Source: an uncultured Pseudomonadales bacterium (GTDB taxonomy: Bacteria; Patescibacteriota; Microgenomatia; UBA1400; Chazhemtobacteraceae). From it: DNA of 64,000 nucleotides. The position numbers and the translations under genes were made by a program. This document shows, one piece after another, positions 18,027 to 27,689 of this stretch; the stretch's first letter is position 1, and every line of letters begins with the position of its first letter. Under the pieces are notes generated by a model. The model was given only the letters and a program-made list of their open reading frames with translations. It was not told the origin of the DNA and did no database searches. The stretch lies in the NCBI GenBank assembly GCA_964422035.1, contig CAYQZQ010000001.1, positions 651,786-715,785 on the forward strand, in the 5' to 3' direction.

Positions 18027-18280
18027 ATAATAAAGTTAAAGTTCTCTGGAATAAAGTAATGCCTGATTGTGTTTCTGGTTTGAGTTGGGGAAAAGAGCTG
18101 GGAAACATAGAAGGAGAAGAGGAATGGAAAATAACTTTGGAGAGCAACCTTTCAGAACTAGATGAAGAAGAGTTTGATGTGTTTTTGGCTCAGTTGGTTA
18201 TTAAAGCTTCGGGTAAAGGGGTGGTAGGCAAGGATTTGACAGGCACGATTGAGTTAATGAGAAAATGGCGCAATAAGTAG
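18023..18280 (+). CDS. small hypothetical protein
   Basis: ORF only. ATGA overlap with smpB. Confidence 0.3.
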   Translation: MNNKVKVLWNKVMPDCVSGLSWGKELGNIEGEEEWKITLESNLSELDEEEFDVFLAQLVIKASGKGVVGKDLTGTIELMRKWRNK

Positions 18281-18317
18281 ATTTTTGAGAGATTTTTGAT
18301 ATAATATAGGTTCAGTT

Positions 18318-18715
18318 GGGGACGTTTCGGCTTCGACGAGTATGTACTTTAACAACAGCAAGCTAAGCTGAGTCAACTTATGAAACTGACTTAAAACAAA
18401 ACATGAGGATTCTATCCTTGCTAACATAACTTTCTCGGAAGGGGAAGATTATGTTCCGGCCACTTCAGGCTATGCTTACGCATATGCTTAAAAGTGAAAG
18501 GCGTTTTTAGGTAAGATGTCTGGGGCAAGCCTAAAAGCGTTTACTTACTCAGACTGCAAAAATCAGAGCTGACCTAACTGATTTTTAAGAATTTTGGTCA
18601 AACTTTATGTTGAGGTTTGTTTATTGGCTGGCATAAAGCATTACAATAAACTAAGCTTGTAGAAGTTGTTTAGGATCATGTTCGGACGTGGGTTCGAATC
18701 CCACCGTCTCCACCA
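18318..18715 (+). ncRNA. ssrA: tmRNA (SsrA)
   Basis: 5' end GGGGACGTTTCGGCTTCGACG pairs with the 3' end CGTCTCCACCA. The T-arm GGTTCGAATCC is present. Candidate tag ORF 18420..18491 reads ANITFSEGEDYVPATSGYAYAYA*. Confidence 0.85.
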
Positions 18716-18721
18716 AGAAAA

Positions 18722-18746
18722 CCTCGATCTTTGATCGGGGTTTTTT
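18722..18746 (+). terminator. rho-independent terminator after tmRNA (CCTCGATC-TTT-GATCGGGG + T6)
   Basis: 8-bp stem, 3-nt loop, T-run. Confidence 0.6.
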
Positions 18747-18766
18747 GTTTGGGGTAAAGTTAAGTT

Positions 18767-19432
18767 GTGGGTTGGTTTTGGAAGTTTTTATATCCTAAGT
18801 ATTGTTGCTTGTGTGGAGAGATGGGGGAATGGTTGTGTGAGAGTTGTAAGAGTGATTTGAGATGGATTGAGTTGAGGTGTCCTTCTTGTGGTAGGGAAAC
18901 AGTAGGAGGGAGAAAACATGAGAAATGTGAGGGGGATTTGTCTGGCTTGATAGCTATTTATGATTACAGGCAGGAAAAGGTGCGAGGTGTGGTAAAAGCG
19001 TTTAAGTATAAGTTGGTAAAAAGTATGGGAGGGTTATTGCTTGAAGAAGTGAATTTGGGGGTGAAAAGAGGGGAATTTGATTGTCTGGTGCCGGTGGCAC
19101 TTCACAGAAGAAGAGAAAATTGGCGGGGTTTTAATCAGGCTGAGGTTCTGGCGGAGCTGATAAGTGAAAGAGTGGGTATTAGGGTGGAGGATGTTTTGGA
19201 GCGGGTTAGGTATACACAGCCTTTGGTGGAGCTGGAGAATTATAAAAAGAGAAAGGAAGAGATTAAAGGAGTGTTTAAAGTAAAAGATGAATGTAGAGGT
19301 AAAATAAGGGATAAAAGAGTACTATTAGTTGATGATGTGTTTACAAGTGGAAGTACGATGAGGGAGGCAGCAAAGACGTTAAAAAGAGCAGGGGCAAGAG
19401 AGGTGTGGGGCTGGGTATTGGCGGGTAGATAG
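18767..19432 (+). CDS. comFC: ComF-family (ComFC-like) phosphoribosyltransferase/competence protein
   Basis: N-terminal double Cys pairs (CCLCGE..CESC, CPSCGRE). C-terminal PRTase motif VLLVDDVFTSGSTM. Confidence 0.7.
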   Translation: MGWFWKFLYPKYCCLCGEMGEWLCESCKSDLRWIELRCPSCGRETVGGRKHEKCEGDLSGLIAIYDYRQEKVRGVVKAFKYKLVKSMGGLLLEEVNLGVKRGEFDCLVPVALHRRRENWRGFNQAEVLAELISERVGIRVEDVLERVRYTQPLVELENYKKRKEEIKGVFKVKDECRGKIRDKRVLLVDDVFTSGSTMREAAKTLKRAGAREVWGWVLAGR

Positions 19433-19458
19433 TGGATAAATGGTAAAATAGTGGGGCT

Positions 19459-19543
19459 GGTGGGGTGCTCCGAATTGGTTAAGGAACCGGTCTTGAAAAC
19501 CGGCGCCCGCAAGGGCTTGTGGGTTCGAGTCCCACCCCCACCG
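19459..19543 (+). tRNA. tRNA-Ser (anticodon TGA), type II with long variable arm
   Basis: Acceptor GGTGGGG/CCCCACC, anticodon loop CTTGAAA, T-loop TTCGAGT. The D-arm appears to carry one extra nucleotide. Confidence 0.75.
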
Positions 19544-19587
19544 CAGATATAGTTGAGTATTGTTTTGGGTTATGTTAGGGTGAAGGT

Positions 19588-20502
19588 ATGAGGGCAATAA
19601 TGGAAGAGAGGGTTCAAAGAGATTTTTTTAGAAAGATTAAGAATGTTTCGGGTTTATCAAACAGAGAATTGGGAAAGTTGGTTGATCTTAAAGCAAACTC
19701 TTTTGGGGATTGGAGTAGAGGGAGAACGAGTCCAACATATACGAAGTTGAAATATTTAGGAAATCGATTTGGTGTCAAGATTCCTGTCAATATAGAGACA
19801 AGGTGTGAAAATTGGGGACAAGTTAGAGGGGGAAAGGTTTCTCAGAAGATGAGAAAAATGGCACCTGAAAAGTATGAGGGAAGTGGTGTGCTATTAAGAA
19901 ATAAATTTAGCGATCCTTTTTGCTCGAAAGAGTTAGCTGAGTTTGTGGGCATTGTCTTGGGTGATGGTTGTTTGACCGGAAGTCAGTTGCAGATAACCTT
20001 GAATTCTGTAGCGGATGAAAAGTATGTTAAATATGTAAAAAGTTTGATATTGAGATTGTTTAGATACAAAGCAGGTATTTATAAGAAAAAAGATAGTAAA
20101 GCAGTTGTGGTGTGTGTGACAGGAGTTAATTTTGTAAATTTAATGAAGAAATATGGCTTGGAGACAGGAGATAAAGTTAGAAATCAGGTGTCTGTTCCAG
20201 GCTGGATTAGAAAGACAAAGAAGTTTAGAAAATCCTGCTTGAGGGGTTTGGTGGATACAGATGGTGGAATTCATTGGCATAAATATAAAATTCAAAATAA
20301 GCAATATAGTTATCTAAAATTGTGTTTTTCGAATAGGTCTGTGCCTTTAAGAAAATTTGTTTTTGAAACACTTGAGATGATGGGATTTAATCCCAAAATG
20401 GCAATGAATAAGCATGTGTGGTTGTATTCTGATGAAGAGTCTCGAAAGTATCTGAAAGTAATTGGTAGCTCTAATTTTAGGCTGAACAGGATGATTAGAT
20501 GA
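19588..20502 (+). CDS. HTH + double-motif LAGLIDADG homing-endonuclease-like protein
   Basis: FVGIVLGDGCL and LRGLVDTDGGIHWHK motifs. The N-terminus is HTH-like (LSNRELGKLVDL). Confidence 0.65.
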   Translation: MRAIMEERVQRDFFRKIKNVSGLSNRELGKLVDLKANSFGDWSRGRTSPTYTKLKYLGNRFGVKIPVNIETRCENWGQVRGGKVSQKMRKMAPEKYEGSGVLLRNKFSDPFCSKELAEFVGIVLGDGCLTGSQLQITLNSVADEKYVKYVKSLILRLFRYKAGIYKKKDSKAVVVCVTGVNFVNLMKKYGLETGDKVRNQVSVPGWIRKTKKFRKSCLRGLVDTDGGIHWHKYKIQNKQYSYLKLCFSNRSVPLRKFVFETLEMMGFNPKMAMNKHVWLYSDEESRKYLKVIGSSNFRLNRMIR

Positions 20503-20517
20503 TATAATTACTTGCGA

Positions 20518-20607
20518 GGAGACGTGCCCGGAATTGGTATCGGAGCGCCCTGCTAAGGCGTCGCCCTGTTTAAGGGCTTGTGGGTTCGAGTCCCACCGTC
20601 TCCGCCA
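20518..20607 (+). tRNA. tRNA-Ser (anticodon GCT)
   Basis: Acceptor GGAGACG/CGTCTCC+G+CCA, anticodon loop CTGCTAA, long variable arm. Confidence 0.75.
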
Positions 20608-20635
20608 AGATGAATGCAGGTGAGTTTGTGATAGG

Positions 20636-21187
20636 ATGAAACTAATGCCCGAAGAAAAAAAACAAGAGAGTCAAACGGCTCAACCAAGCATAAAAGGAGA
20701 AGAAAAGACTTTATTGGAGTGGAAAAGCTTGGAGAGACCTTTTAAGGAGAGAGGAAGGGATTTTTATAGTACGGTTTTGGTATTGGCGATACTGGTGGGA
20801 GTTATTTTATTCTTTATAGAAGGGCTAATGCCGGTGTTGTTGGTGGCTTCGGTAGTATTTGTGGTGTTTGTTATGTCTAAGGCAGAACCTAGGGTAGTTG
20901 AGCACAAAATAACTACCAGAGGTATAGAGACAGAAAGAAATAAGTTTTGGTGGGATGAGTTGATAATTTTTTGGTTTGAGAAAAAATGGGGGAATGATTT
21001 GGTGCATGTTTTAACTAGAAGAAACTGGCCAAGACAGATACTGCTGGTGTTGCCAGAGAGTGGTGAGGTGAAGAAAGAGAGGATTAAGGAAGTATTGGGT
21101 ACTTATTTGCCTTTGGAGAAACCACCGGATTCGTGGTTGGATAAGGCTGTTAATTGGTTGGGGGAGAAAGTGCCTTTGGAAGAGTAG
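20636..21187 (+). CDS. hypothetical two-TM membrane protein
   Basis: ORF plus hydrophobic segments. No assignable motif. Confidence 0.4.
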   Translation: MKLMPEEKKQESQTAQPSIKGEEKTLLEWKSLERPFKERGRDFYSTVLVLAILVGVILFFIEGLMPVLLVASVVFVVFVMSKAEPRVVEHKITTRGIETERNKFWWDELIIFWFEKKWGNDLVHVLTRRNWPRQILLVLPESGEVKKERIKEVLGTYLPLEKPPDSWLDKAVNWLGEKVPLEE

Positions 21188-21360
21188 AGTTTTGGGTTTT
21201 GATATGAAAGCTAGATAAAATTTGTAGACAAGCCCCTAGTGAGAAGAGGAGATTTAAAAGAAGTATGGGTGGAATTTGTGATTTGTATTATAATAGGGTT
21301 GCCTTAAGAGACAAAATAATGTTCTTTTATCAGGATCTAGCCGATAGGCTAGTTGGAGAA

Positions 21361-21432
21361 GTCCCCGTAGTTTAATGGATAAAACACGGCCCTGCGGAGG
21401 CTGAGCTACAAGTTCGAATCTTGTCGGGGACA
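21361..21432 (+). tRNA. tRNA-Arg (anticodon GCG)
   Basis: Acceptor GTCCCCG/CGGGGAC, anticodon loop CTGCGGA, T-loop TTCGAAT. Confidence 0.65.
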
Positions 21433-21440
21433 CAATTTTT

Positions 21441-21525
21441 GGAGGGTTGGCCGAGTGGTTTAAGGCGCCGATTTCGAAAGTCGGTGGGCTTTATGCCCGC
21501 ACAGGTTCGAATCCTGTACCCTCCG
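21441..21525 (+). tRNA. tRNA-Ser (anticodon CGA)
   Basis: Acceptor GGAGGGT/ACCCTCC, anticodon loop TTCGAAA, long variable arm. Confidence 0.75.
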
Positions 21526-21612
21526 CATAAAACTTCTTTTGCTTATGAGTGGTACTTTAGAGTTTAGCTTGAAGGTATAAATGAGGCTGAATGCGATATA
21601 ATAGTAGTTATT

Positions 21613-21695
21613 GGAGGAGTCGCATAGTGGTCGATTGCACGAGCTTGGAAAGTTCGAGCCGCAAGGCTTCGTGGGTTCGAATCCCACCTCCTCCG
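21613..21695 (+). tRNA. tRNA-Ser (anticodon GGA)
   Basis: Acceptor GGAGGAG/CTCCTCC, anticodon loop TTGGAAA, long variable arm. Confidence 0.75.
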
Positions 21696-21784
21696 CAGAG
21701 CAAATGCGTGTGATAGTTATGCAGATTGTTTGATTAGTTGAGCCTTGAAGCGGCTGAGTTTGAATTATGAGGTAAAATAAAGGC

Positions 21785-23554
21785 ATGGATCAGGTAGAAC
21801 AGGTGAAGCGCAAAGTTGATGTGGTAGAAGTAGTTGGAGATTATGTGGCTTTAAAAAAGGCAGGGAGAAATTTTAAAGGCTTGTGTCCTTTCCATAGTGA
21901 GAAGACGGCTTCTTTTATGGTTAATCCTGAGTTGCAGATATATAAATGCTTTGGGTGTGGAAAAGGAGGAGATGTGATTTCGTTTATTGAGGAGATGGAG
22001 GGAGTTGAGTTTAGAGAGGCGCTGGAGATGTTGGCTGATAGAGCGGGGGTCAAGCTTAAACCGATGGGTGAAAGGAAAGACAGGAGTGAGCAGAAAAGAA
22101 TGATTGAAGCACATGAGCTGGCAAAAGAGTATTACCATTATTTATTGACTGAGCACAAAAGGGGTAAAGAGGCTTTAAAGTACTTAAATGATAGAGGGGT
22201 GGGAGAGAAATTAATTGAGGAGTTTAAATTGGGTTATGCCTTGGAAAGCTGGGAAGGATTGTATAAGTATTTGGTTAATAAGAAGAATTTTGAGCCGGAG
22301 TTGTTAGTTAGGGCAGGGCTTTTAATTAAGTCCAGTAAGGGAAAGGGTTATTATGACCGGTTTAGAGGAAGAGTGATGTTTCCTTTAATTGATCACAGAG
22401 GAAGAAATTTGGCTTTTGGAGGAAGGATACTGCCCGGTCTTGGTGATGAAAAAACTCCCAAGTACATTAATTCTCCAGAGACAGATATTTATCACAAGTC
22501 GGAGATGTTGTATGGCTTTTATCAGGCTAAGCAAGCGATAAGAAAGAATGATCGAGTAGTGGTGGTTGAGGGAGAGATGGATATGATTAGTAGTTACGGA
22601 GCGGGGGTAACAGAGACGGTGGCTATTAAGGGAACGGCTTTAACTATTCAGCAGGTAAGGTTGATAAAAAGATTGACTAAGAGAATGGTGTTGGCTTTGG
22701 ATGCGGATGAGGCAGGCCAGGATGCATCTAAGCGAAGTATTGAGGTGGCAGAAAAACAGGGAGTTAATGTTAGAGTGGTAGCAATTGAGGGAAGCAAGGA
22801 TCCAGATGATGTGGTGAGAAAAAGTAAGGGTAAATGGAAAAAAATGGTTGAAAATGCTCAAGAGGTCTATGACTATTTAATTGAAAAAGCAAAAGAAAGG
22901 CATAATCTTGAGAGTGGGGAAGGTAAAAATGGGTTTACAGAAGAGATTTTACCGGTCCTGGCTAGAATTAGGAACCAGGTAGTGATGGCTCATTATCTTA
23001 AGAAGGTGGCAGACACTTTAGATGTTAGTGAGGATTGGGTGGTAAGAGAGGTTGAGAGAAAAATTAAAGCGGGTGAGGTGGGAGAAAAGGAAAGAGAGAT
23101 GGAGAAAGAAGAGAGCAAAGAGAAGGAAAGTAGAAAAGAACAGCTATTGAGGGAGATCTGGGCGTATTTATTACGGGTTGACAGGGAAGTGGGGAGTGAG
23201 GCAATAGGAAGACTGAGAAAGATAAAAGTAGGGTCTAAACTAAGGAAGCTTTTGAACAACTGGGAGGAGTACTTTATAAAGAAAGATAAAGGTAGGGTAG
23301 CTGAGTGGATAAAACAATTACCTGATGAGTTGAAAAAGGTGCCACAAGAGGCGTATATGAAAGAGGTAGAGGAGGAGAGAGTTAAGTGGAATCTGCAGTT
23401 GGCAATTGATGAGTATGAAGAGCTTTTGTTGCGCAACAGGCTCAGAGAGTTGGAAAACAAGATAGGAAAAGCAGAGAAGGATGAGGATGAGAAAGCGTTG
23501 GAAGAAAACCGAACAGAGTTTGTAAGATTGAGTAAGAGATTGTCTGAAATTTGA
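21785..23554 (+). CDS. dnaG: DNA primase
   Basis: CHC2 zinc finger CPFHSEKTASF...CFGCGKGGD. Toprim motif VVVVEGEMD. Confidence 0.9.
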   Translation: MDQVEQVKRKVDVVEVVGDYVALKKAGRNFKGLCPFHSEKTASFMVNPELQIYKCFGCGKGGDVISFIEEMEGVEFREALEMLADRAGVKLKPMGERKDRSEQKRMIEAHELAKEYYHYLLTEHKRGKEALKYLNDRGVGEKLIEEFKLGYALESWEGLYKYLVNKKNFEPELLVRAGLLIKSSKGKGYYDRFRGRVMFPLIDHRGRNLAFGGRILPGLGDEKTPKYINSPETDIYHKSEMLYGFYQAKQAIRKNDRVVVVEGEMDMISSYGAGVTETVAIKGTALTIQQVRLIKRLTKRMVLALDADEAGQDASKRSIEVAEKQGVNVRVVAIEGSKDPDDVVRKSKGKWKKMVENAQEVYDYLIEKAKERHNLESGEGKNGFTEEILPVLARIRNQVVMAHYLKKVADTLDVSEDWVVREVERKIKAGEVGEKEREMEKEESKEKESRKEQLLREIWAYLLRVDREVGSEAIGRLRKIKVGSKLRKLLNNWEEYFIKKDKGRVAEWIKQLPDELKKVPQEAYMKEVEEERVKWNLQLAIDEYEELLLRNRLRELENKIGKAEKDEDEKALEENRTEFVRLSKRLSEI

Positions 23555-23642
23555 ATAAGCAGGCTAGAGATGATATATTGTGTTAGTGTTGTTAGTAGTT
23601 ATAAACCGCTTCCTATGGGGAGTGAATTTTTAGGTTGTTAAG

Positions 23643-24740
23643 ATGTTTAAACAGAAAAAAATAAGTGGTAAGCAAATAAGGGGAATCGAAGAGCTTTTGA
23701 AGAGAGGAAAGGAACAGGGTTTTGTAACAATTGATGATATGTTAAGAGTATTTCCTGAAGCTGAGAAACAGGTAGGTTATATAGATTTTTTGTATAAAAA
23801 ACTTTTAGAGTCAGATATTGATGTATTTGAAGAAGTCGAGAAAGAGAAAGATGAAGCCGACATCTCGGAGGATTTAGAGAAAGAGCTTGAGTCTTTGAGT
23901 TCTATGGATGATAAATCTGTAAAGGATCCAGTAAGGATGTATTTAAAAGAGATAGGAAGAATTCCTTTGCTTAAGCGGGAAGAAGAGATTTCCTTGGCCC
24001 AAAAAGTTGACAAGGGGGATAAGGATGCAAAAGACAAATTAACCTCTTCTAACTTGAGACTGGTGGTTTCGATTGCCAAGAAATACATTGGTAGAGGAAT
24101 GAGCTTTTTGGACTTGATTCAAGAAGGTAATAAGGGTTTGATTAGAGCAGTTGAAAAGTATGACTGGACTAAGGGATACAAGTTTTCTACTTATGCTACT
24201 TGGTGGATCCGTCAGGCAATTACTAGGGCTATTGCTGATCAGGCAAGAACAATTCGAATTCCGGTTCATATGGTTGAGACGATAAATAAGGTAATGAAGA
24301 GCCAAAGACAGTTAATGCAGAATTTAGGTAGGGAGCCAACTCCAGAAGAGGTAGCTGAGGAGGTTAATATGAAGGAAGAGAAGGTTAGAGAGATATTTAA
24401 GATTGCACAAAAGACTACTTCTCTGGAAACTCCTATTGGGGATGAAGGAGATAGTCAGTTAGGTGACTTTATTGAAGATGAAAATACTGCTACTCCTTAT
24501 GAAAATACAAGTGTTCAGTTGTTGCGTGAGAATGTGGGACAGGTTTTGGATAGCTTGTCAGACAGAGAAAAAAAGGTGTTGATGATGAGGTTTGGTTTGC
24601 AAGGAGAGAAGCCAAAGACATTGGAAGAGGTAGGAAGCAAATTTGGAGTAACGAGAGAGAGAATCAGACAAATTGAAGCGAAAGCTTTAAGGAAACTTAG
24701 ACATCCTTCTCAGAAGAAGAGGATGCAGGATTTTCTTTAA
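23643..24740 (+). CDS. rpoD: RNA polymerase sigma-70 factor
   Basis: [11 protein letters not shown] (region 1.2), [19 protein letters not shown] (region 2), region 4 HTH. Confidence 0.9.
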   Translation: MFKQKKISGKQIRGIEELLKRGKEQGFVTIDDMLRVFPEAEKQVGYIDFLYKKLLESDIDVFEEVEKEKDEADISEDLEKELESLSSMDDKSVKDPVRMYLKEIGRIPLLKREEEISLAQKVDKGDKDAKDKLTSSNLRLVVSIAKKYIGRGMSFLDLIQEGNKGLIRAVEKYDWTKGYKFSTYATWWIRQAITRAIADQARTIRIPVHMVETINKVMKSQRQLMQNLGREPTPEEVAEEVNMKEEKVREIFKIAQKTTSLETPIGDEGDSQLGDFIEDENTATPYENTSVQLLRENVGQVLDSLSDREKKVLMMRFGLQGEKPKTLEEVGSKFGVTRERIRQIEAKALRKLRHPSQKKRMQDFL

Positions 24741-25419
24741 AATTTAACTTGTTTTTTCCGGGTACGAAGTGGTGTTTTTTGCAGCGGGCGGTGTAGTTTT
24801 CTTTGGCACCGACGACAACGGTAGGGTCGGTGTAGTTGGCTGGTTTGCCGTTAACTAAGCGCTGGGTGCGAGTGGCGTTAAGATTACCACAGTCTTTATG
24901 GGTGCAGACAGCTTTGTGTTTTTCAACGTGGTCGGCTCGGGCGATGATATCTGGCATGGGGCCTGGGAAAGGCTCCCCGCGAAAGTCGGTGTCTAGGCCG
25001 GCTATGCGAATATCTAGGTTTGGTTGTTCTGGAGAGCGTTGGGCAAATACATTATCTATAAAATCAAGAACAATAGCTAGGTCTTTATCAAAAAATTGCC
25101 CTTCATCAATATAAATAGCACGGAGCTTGCGGTATTGAGGTTTGATATTTTGAATTGTCGCTTGTTGGGGGTCTTGAGGAAGATCTTGAAAAAGGATTTT
25201 AACTAATTGATGGGAGTCTTTTAGAGAGGTGGCTTGAGCTTCTTTGCCATTGTGGGCACCGATGATGTTTTCTCCGTAGCGATTGTCTTTATGGTGGTTG
25301 AAAGCGAGAAAGTCTTTGCCGGGCTGTTGTCCTCCGATTAGTCGACGGTTGATAATTTCAGCGATCTCGGCAGATTTACCAGAGAACATAGGACCAGTTT
25401 CAACGTTTATAGGTGACAT
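24697..25419 (-). CDS. tdk: thymidine kinase
   Basis: P-loop GPMFSGKS. C-terminal zinc ribbon CTHKDCG...CKKHH. Confidence 0.8.
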   Translation of the reverse strand: MSPINVETGPMFSGKSAEIAEIINRRLIGGQQPGKDFLAFNHHKDNRYGENIIGAHNGKEAQATSLKDSHQLVKILFQDLPQDPQQATIQNIKPQYRKLRAIYIDEGQFFDKDLAIVLDFIDNVFAQRSPEQPNLDIRIAGLDTDFRGEPFPGPMPDIIARADHVEKHKAVCTHKDCGNLNATRTQRLVNGKPANYTDPTVVVGAKENYTARCKKHHFVPGKNKLNFKENPASSSSEKDV

Positions 25420-25479
25420 ACATGGGGAATTATAGATTTTTGTGATGATTTAGCAAGTGAGGTTTGTTACAATAAAGTA

Positions 25480-25809
25480 ATGTTAATGAATTTGGTAGTT
25501 AATGCGATAGCTTTTTATGTGGTGGGTTATTTGGTGCCAGGGATGGTGCTTGAGGGGTGGCAGGCTTTGTTGGTTGTGTCAGTAGTATGGGGGTTGATAA
25601 CAATGTTTGTGAAGCCGGTTTTATCATTTTTGACACTGCCGATTAATGTTTTGAGTCTGGGGCTGTTTTCGTTTATCTTGAATGCCTTGCTTTTGATGTT
25701 GACAGCAAGTTTGGTACCAGGGTTTGGAGTGGAGAGCTTTTTGTCGGCTCTTTTGGCATCGTTGCTTTTGTCTTTGGTGAATGCGGTTTTGACGAGAATG
25801 GGTAGATGA
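25480..25809 (+). CDS. DUF360-like small membrane protein (phage-holin-IV superfamily-like)
   Basis: About 109 aa with 3-4 TM segments. Resembles the recalled DUF360 layout. Confidence 0.4.
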   Translation: MLMNLVVNAIAFYVVGYLVPGMVLEGWQALLVVSVVWGLITMFVKPVLSFLTLPINVLSLGLFSFILNALLLMLTASLVPGFGVESFLSALLASLLLSLVNAVLTRMGR

Positions 25810-25832
25810 GGAAGGAGTTGGAAGGATGGTAA

Positions 25833-26069
25833 TTGAGAGAGGAAGGTTCGGTTGAGAAGTTGGTTAGAGAGTTTGATTTTGATGATTTTGAGAGTGCTTT
25901 GAGGTTTGTTAATGAGGTGGGAGAGTTGGCTGAGGAGAGAGATCATCATCCGGTGATTGCTTTGGAATGGGGGAAAGTAGAGGTGGTTTGGTGGAGTCAT
26001 GAAAAAGGAAGGGTTGAAGAAATTGATTGGAAAATGGCAGAGGCATGCAATGAGGTTTATAAGATATAG
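25833..26069 (+). CDS. pterin-4a-carbinolamine dehydratase (PCD/DCoH)
   Basis: ERDHHPVIALEW motif. Confidence 0.65.
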   Translation: MREEGSVEKLVREFDFDDFESALRFVNEVGELAEERDHHPVIALEWGKVEVVWWSHEKGRVEEIDWKMAEACNEVYKI

Positions 26070-26115
26070 TTGAGGCTGGTTGTGGTAAAATAAGAATGTT
26101 GATTAACAACTAATA

Positions 26116-26187
26116 TTCCCCTGTAGCTCAGCGGTAGAGCGGGTGCCTGTTAAGCACTAGGTCGCTGGTTCGAATCCAGCCGGGGGA
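26116..26187 (+). tRNA. tRNA-Asn (anticodon GTT)
   Basis: D-arm GCTCAGCGGTAGAGC, anticodon loop CTGTTAA, T-loop TTCGAAT. CCA is not encoded. Confidence 0.75.
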
Positions 26188-26223
26188 GCACCTAAATTTA
26201 GCTTTAGATTAGATATACCCCTA

Positions 26224-26883
26224 TTGTTGGATATACAAACCAGTCGATTGTATAATTTGAGTATGAGATTAGTATATCCAGTGGATAAAGATACAGTAAC
26301 ACAAGCGTTTGGAGAAGATAATTCTAATCACCCTGTTAGGAAAGATTTTTACAATCTATTTGATAATAGACATCCAGGCGTAGATTTTGGAGTAAAAGTG
26401 GGTACTGTGGTGAGAGCAGCTGGAGCAGGTGTTGTGGTTAGGAAAGAGAATCATAAAGGGATGGGGAATGTCGTTGGAGTACGCAATGGAAATATTGTGA
26501 TGTTGTATGCTCATTTGAAAAAAATTAAGGTTGATCTTGGTCAGGTTTTGGATGAGGGTGTGGTAATTGGTTTATCGGGTGAGACTGGAAATGCTTGCGG
26601 TGTACCCCATTTACATTTTGAGATTAGAGATATTACTAAGGGAAGTCTAAAAGAGATGGTGTTTGATCCTCCATTTGAGGGAGATGTGCCCCAATGGAAA
26701 GAGGAGTTTGAATATGTTGTAAATAACAAAAACGCCAAGAAGACTTGGAAATTGTTGGCCGAGTTATTTTTTGGAGATGAAAAGAGTTGGTTGAAATTGA
26801 AAAAACGAAATACAGATCTTGATTATGAGGAGAAAGAGGTTATTAATGATGGAAGTATTGTTTTGGTGCCAAACTATAAATAG
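26224..26883 (+). CDS. M23-family peptidase (LytM domain)
   Basis: HPGVDFG...YAHL...GETGNACGVPHLHFEIR. Confidence 0.75.
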   Translation: MLDIQTSRLYNLSMRLVYPVDKDTVTQAFGEDNSNHPVRKDFYNLFDNRHPGVDFGVKVGTVVRAAGAGVVVRKENHKGMGNVVGVRNGNIVMLYAHLKKIKVDLGQVLDEGVVIGLSGETGNACGVPHLHFEIRDITKGSLKEMVFDPPFEGDVPQWKEEFEYVVNNKNAKKTWKLLAELFFGDEKSWLKLKKRNTDLDYEEKEVINDGSIVLVPNYK

Positions 26884-26936
26884 TTGTGCTAGATTTGTGC
26901 AAGTTGTGGAATGGGGAGTATTGATATAATTTAAGT

Positions 26937-27638
26937 ATGAGTATTGTTGCAAGTATTGGTGGGGGTGAGATTAAGGAAAGAGAAACTGAGTTGATTGATA
27001 AAGAGTTGTTGAAGATGGTTAACAAGCAGAGACCAAGAGTGTTGTTTGTTCCGACAGCAAGTGAGGATGCGGAAAATTACTGGCAAACATTTAGAGATTA
27101 TTATGGTTCTCTAGGGGCTGAAACGGAAGTGTTGTGGTTGCTTGATGAAAGTAAGAGAGTAGCAGGTATAAGAGATTTTGTATTGAGTTTTGACATGGTC
27201 TATGTGGGAGGAGGTAATACAAAGATGATGCTAGAAGTATGGGAAGAGCAAGGAGTAGATAATGTTTTGAGAGAAGGGTATGAAAATGGGTTGTTACTAT
27301 CAGGCTTAAGTGCGGGAGGCATGTGTTGGTTTGAGTTTGGCTTGTCTGACTCGCCAAAATTTAATAACTCAGATGATGAAGATTTGATTTTAATTGAGGG
27401 TTTAGGTTTAGTAGATGGTTTATTTAGCCCTCATCATATTAGAGAACCAGAAAGAGAAGAAAAGTTGCAGGAAATTATGAAAGGACTTCCTGGAGTGAAT
27501 GGTTATGCAGTTGATGATAATGCTGCTTTGGTGATTGATGATGAGAAAGTTAGAGTTTTGTGTTCAAGAGATGGGGCTTTGGTAAAGAGATATCAATACG
27601 ATGGTGAGGAGTTAGAGCAAAGTGTAATGGAGGAATAA
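26937..27638 (+). CDS. peptidase S51 (dipeptidase E-like)
   Basis: LSGLSAGGMCWFEFG catalytic-Ser context, plus the VGGGNT motif. Confidence 0.65.
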   Translation: MSIVASIGGGEIKERETELIDKELLKMVNKQRPRVLFVPTASEDAENYWQTFRDYYGSLGAETEVLWLLDESKRVAGIRDFVLSFDMVYVGGGNTKMMLEVWEEQGVDNVLREGYENGLLLSGLSAGGMCWFEFGLSDSPKFNNSDDEDLILIEGLGLVDGLFSPHHIREPEREEKLQEIMKGLPGVNGYAVDDNAALVIDDEKVRVLCSRDGALVKRYQYDGEELEQSVMEE

Positions 27639-27689
27639 TTGCATTTTTTATGGTTTGAGTTAGTTGTGGGATGGGGAGCCAAATTTGAT

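Noticed and set aside
19240-19597. Minus-strand ORFs 19240..19512 and 19379..19597
   Set aside because: They overlap the ComFC gene and the tRNA-Ser(TGA) on the opposite strand.
21460-21786. 108-aa minus-strand ORF
   Set aside because: It spans two tRNA genes and the dnaG start, so it is spurious.
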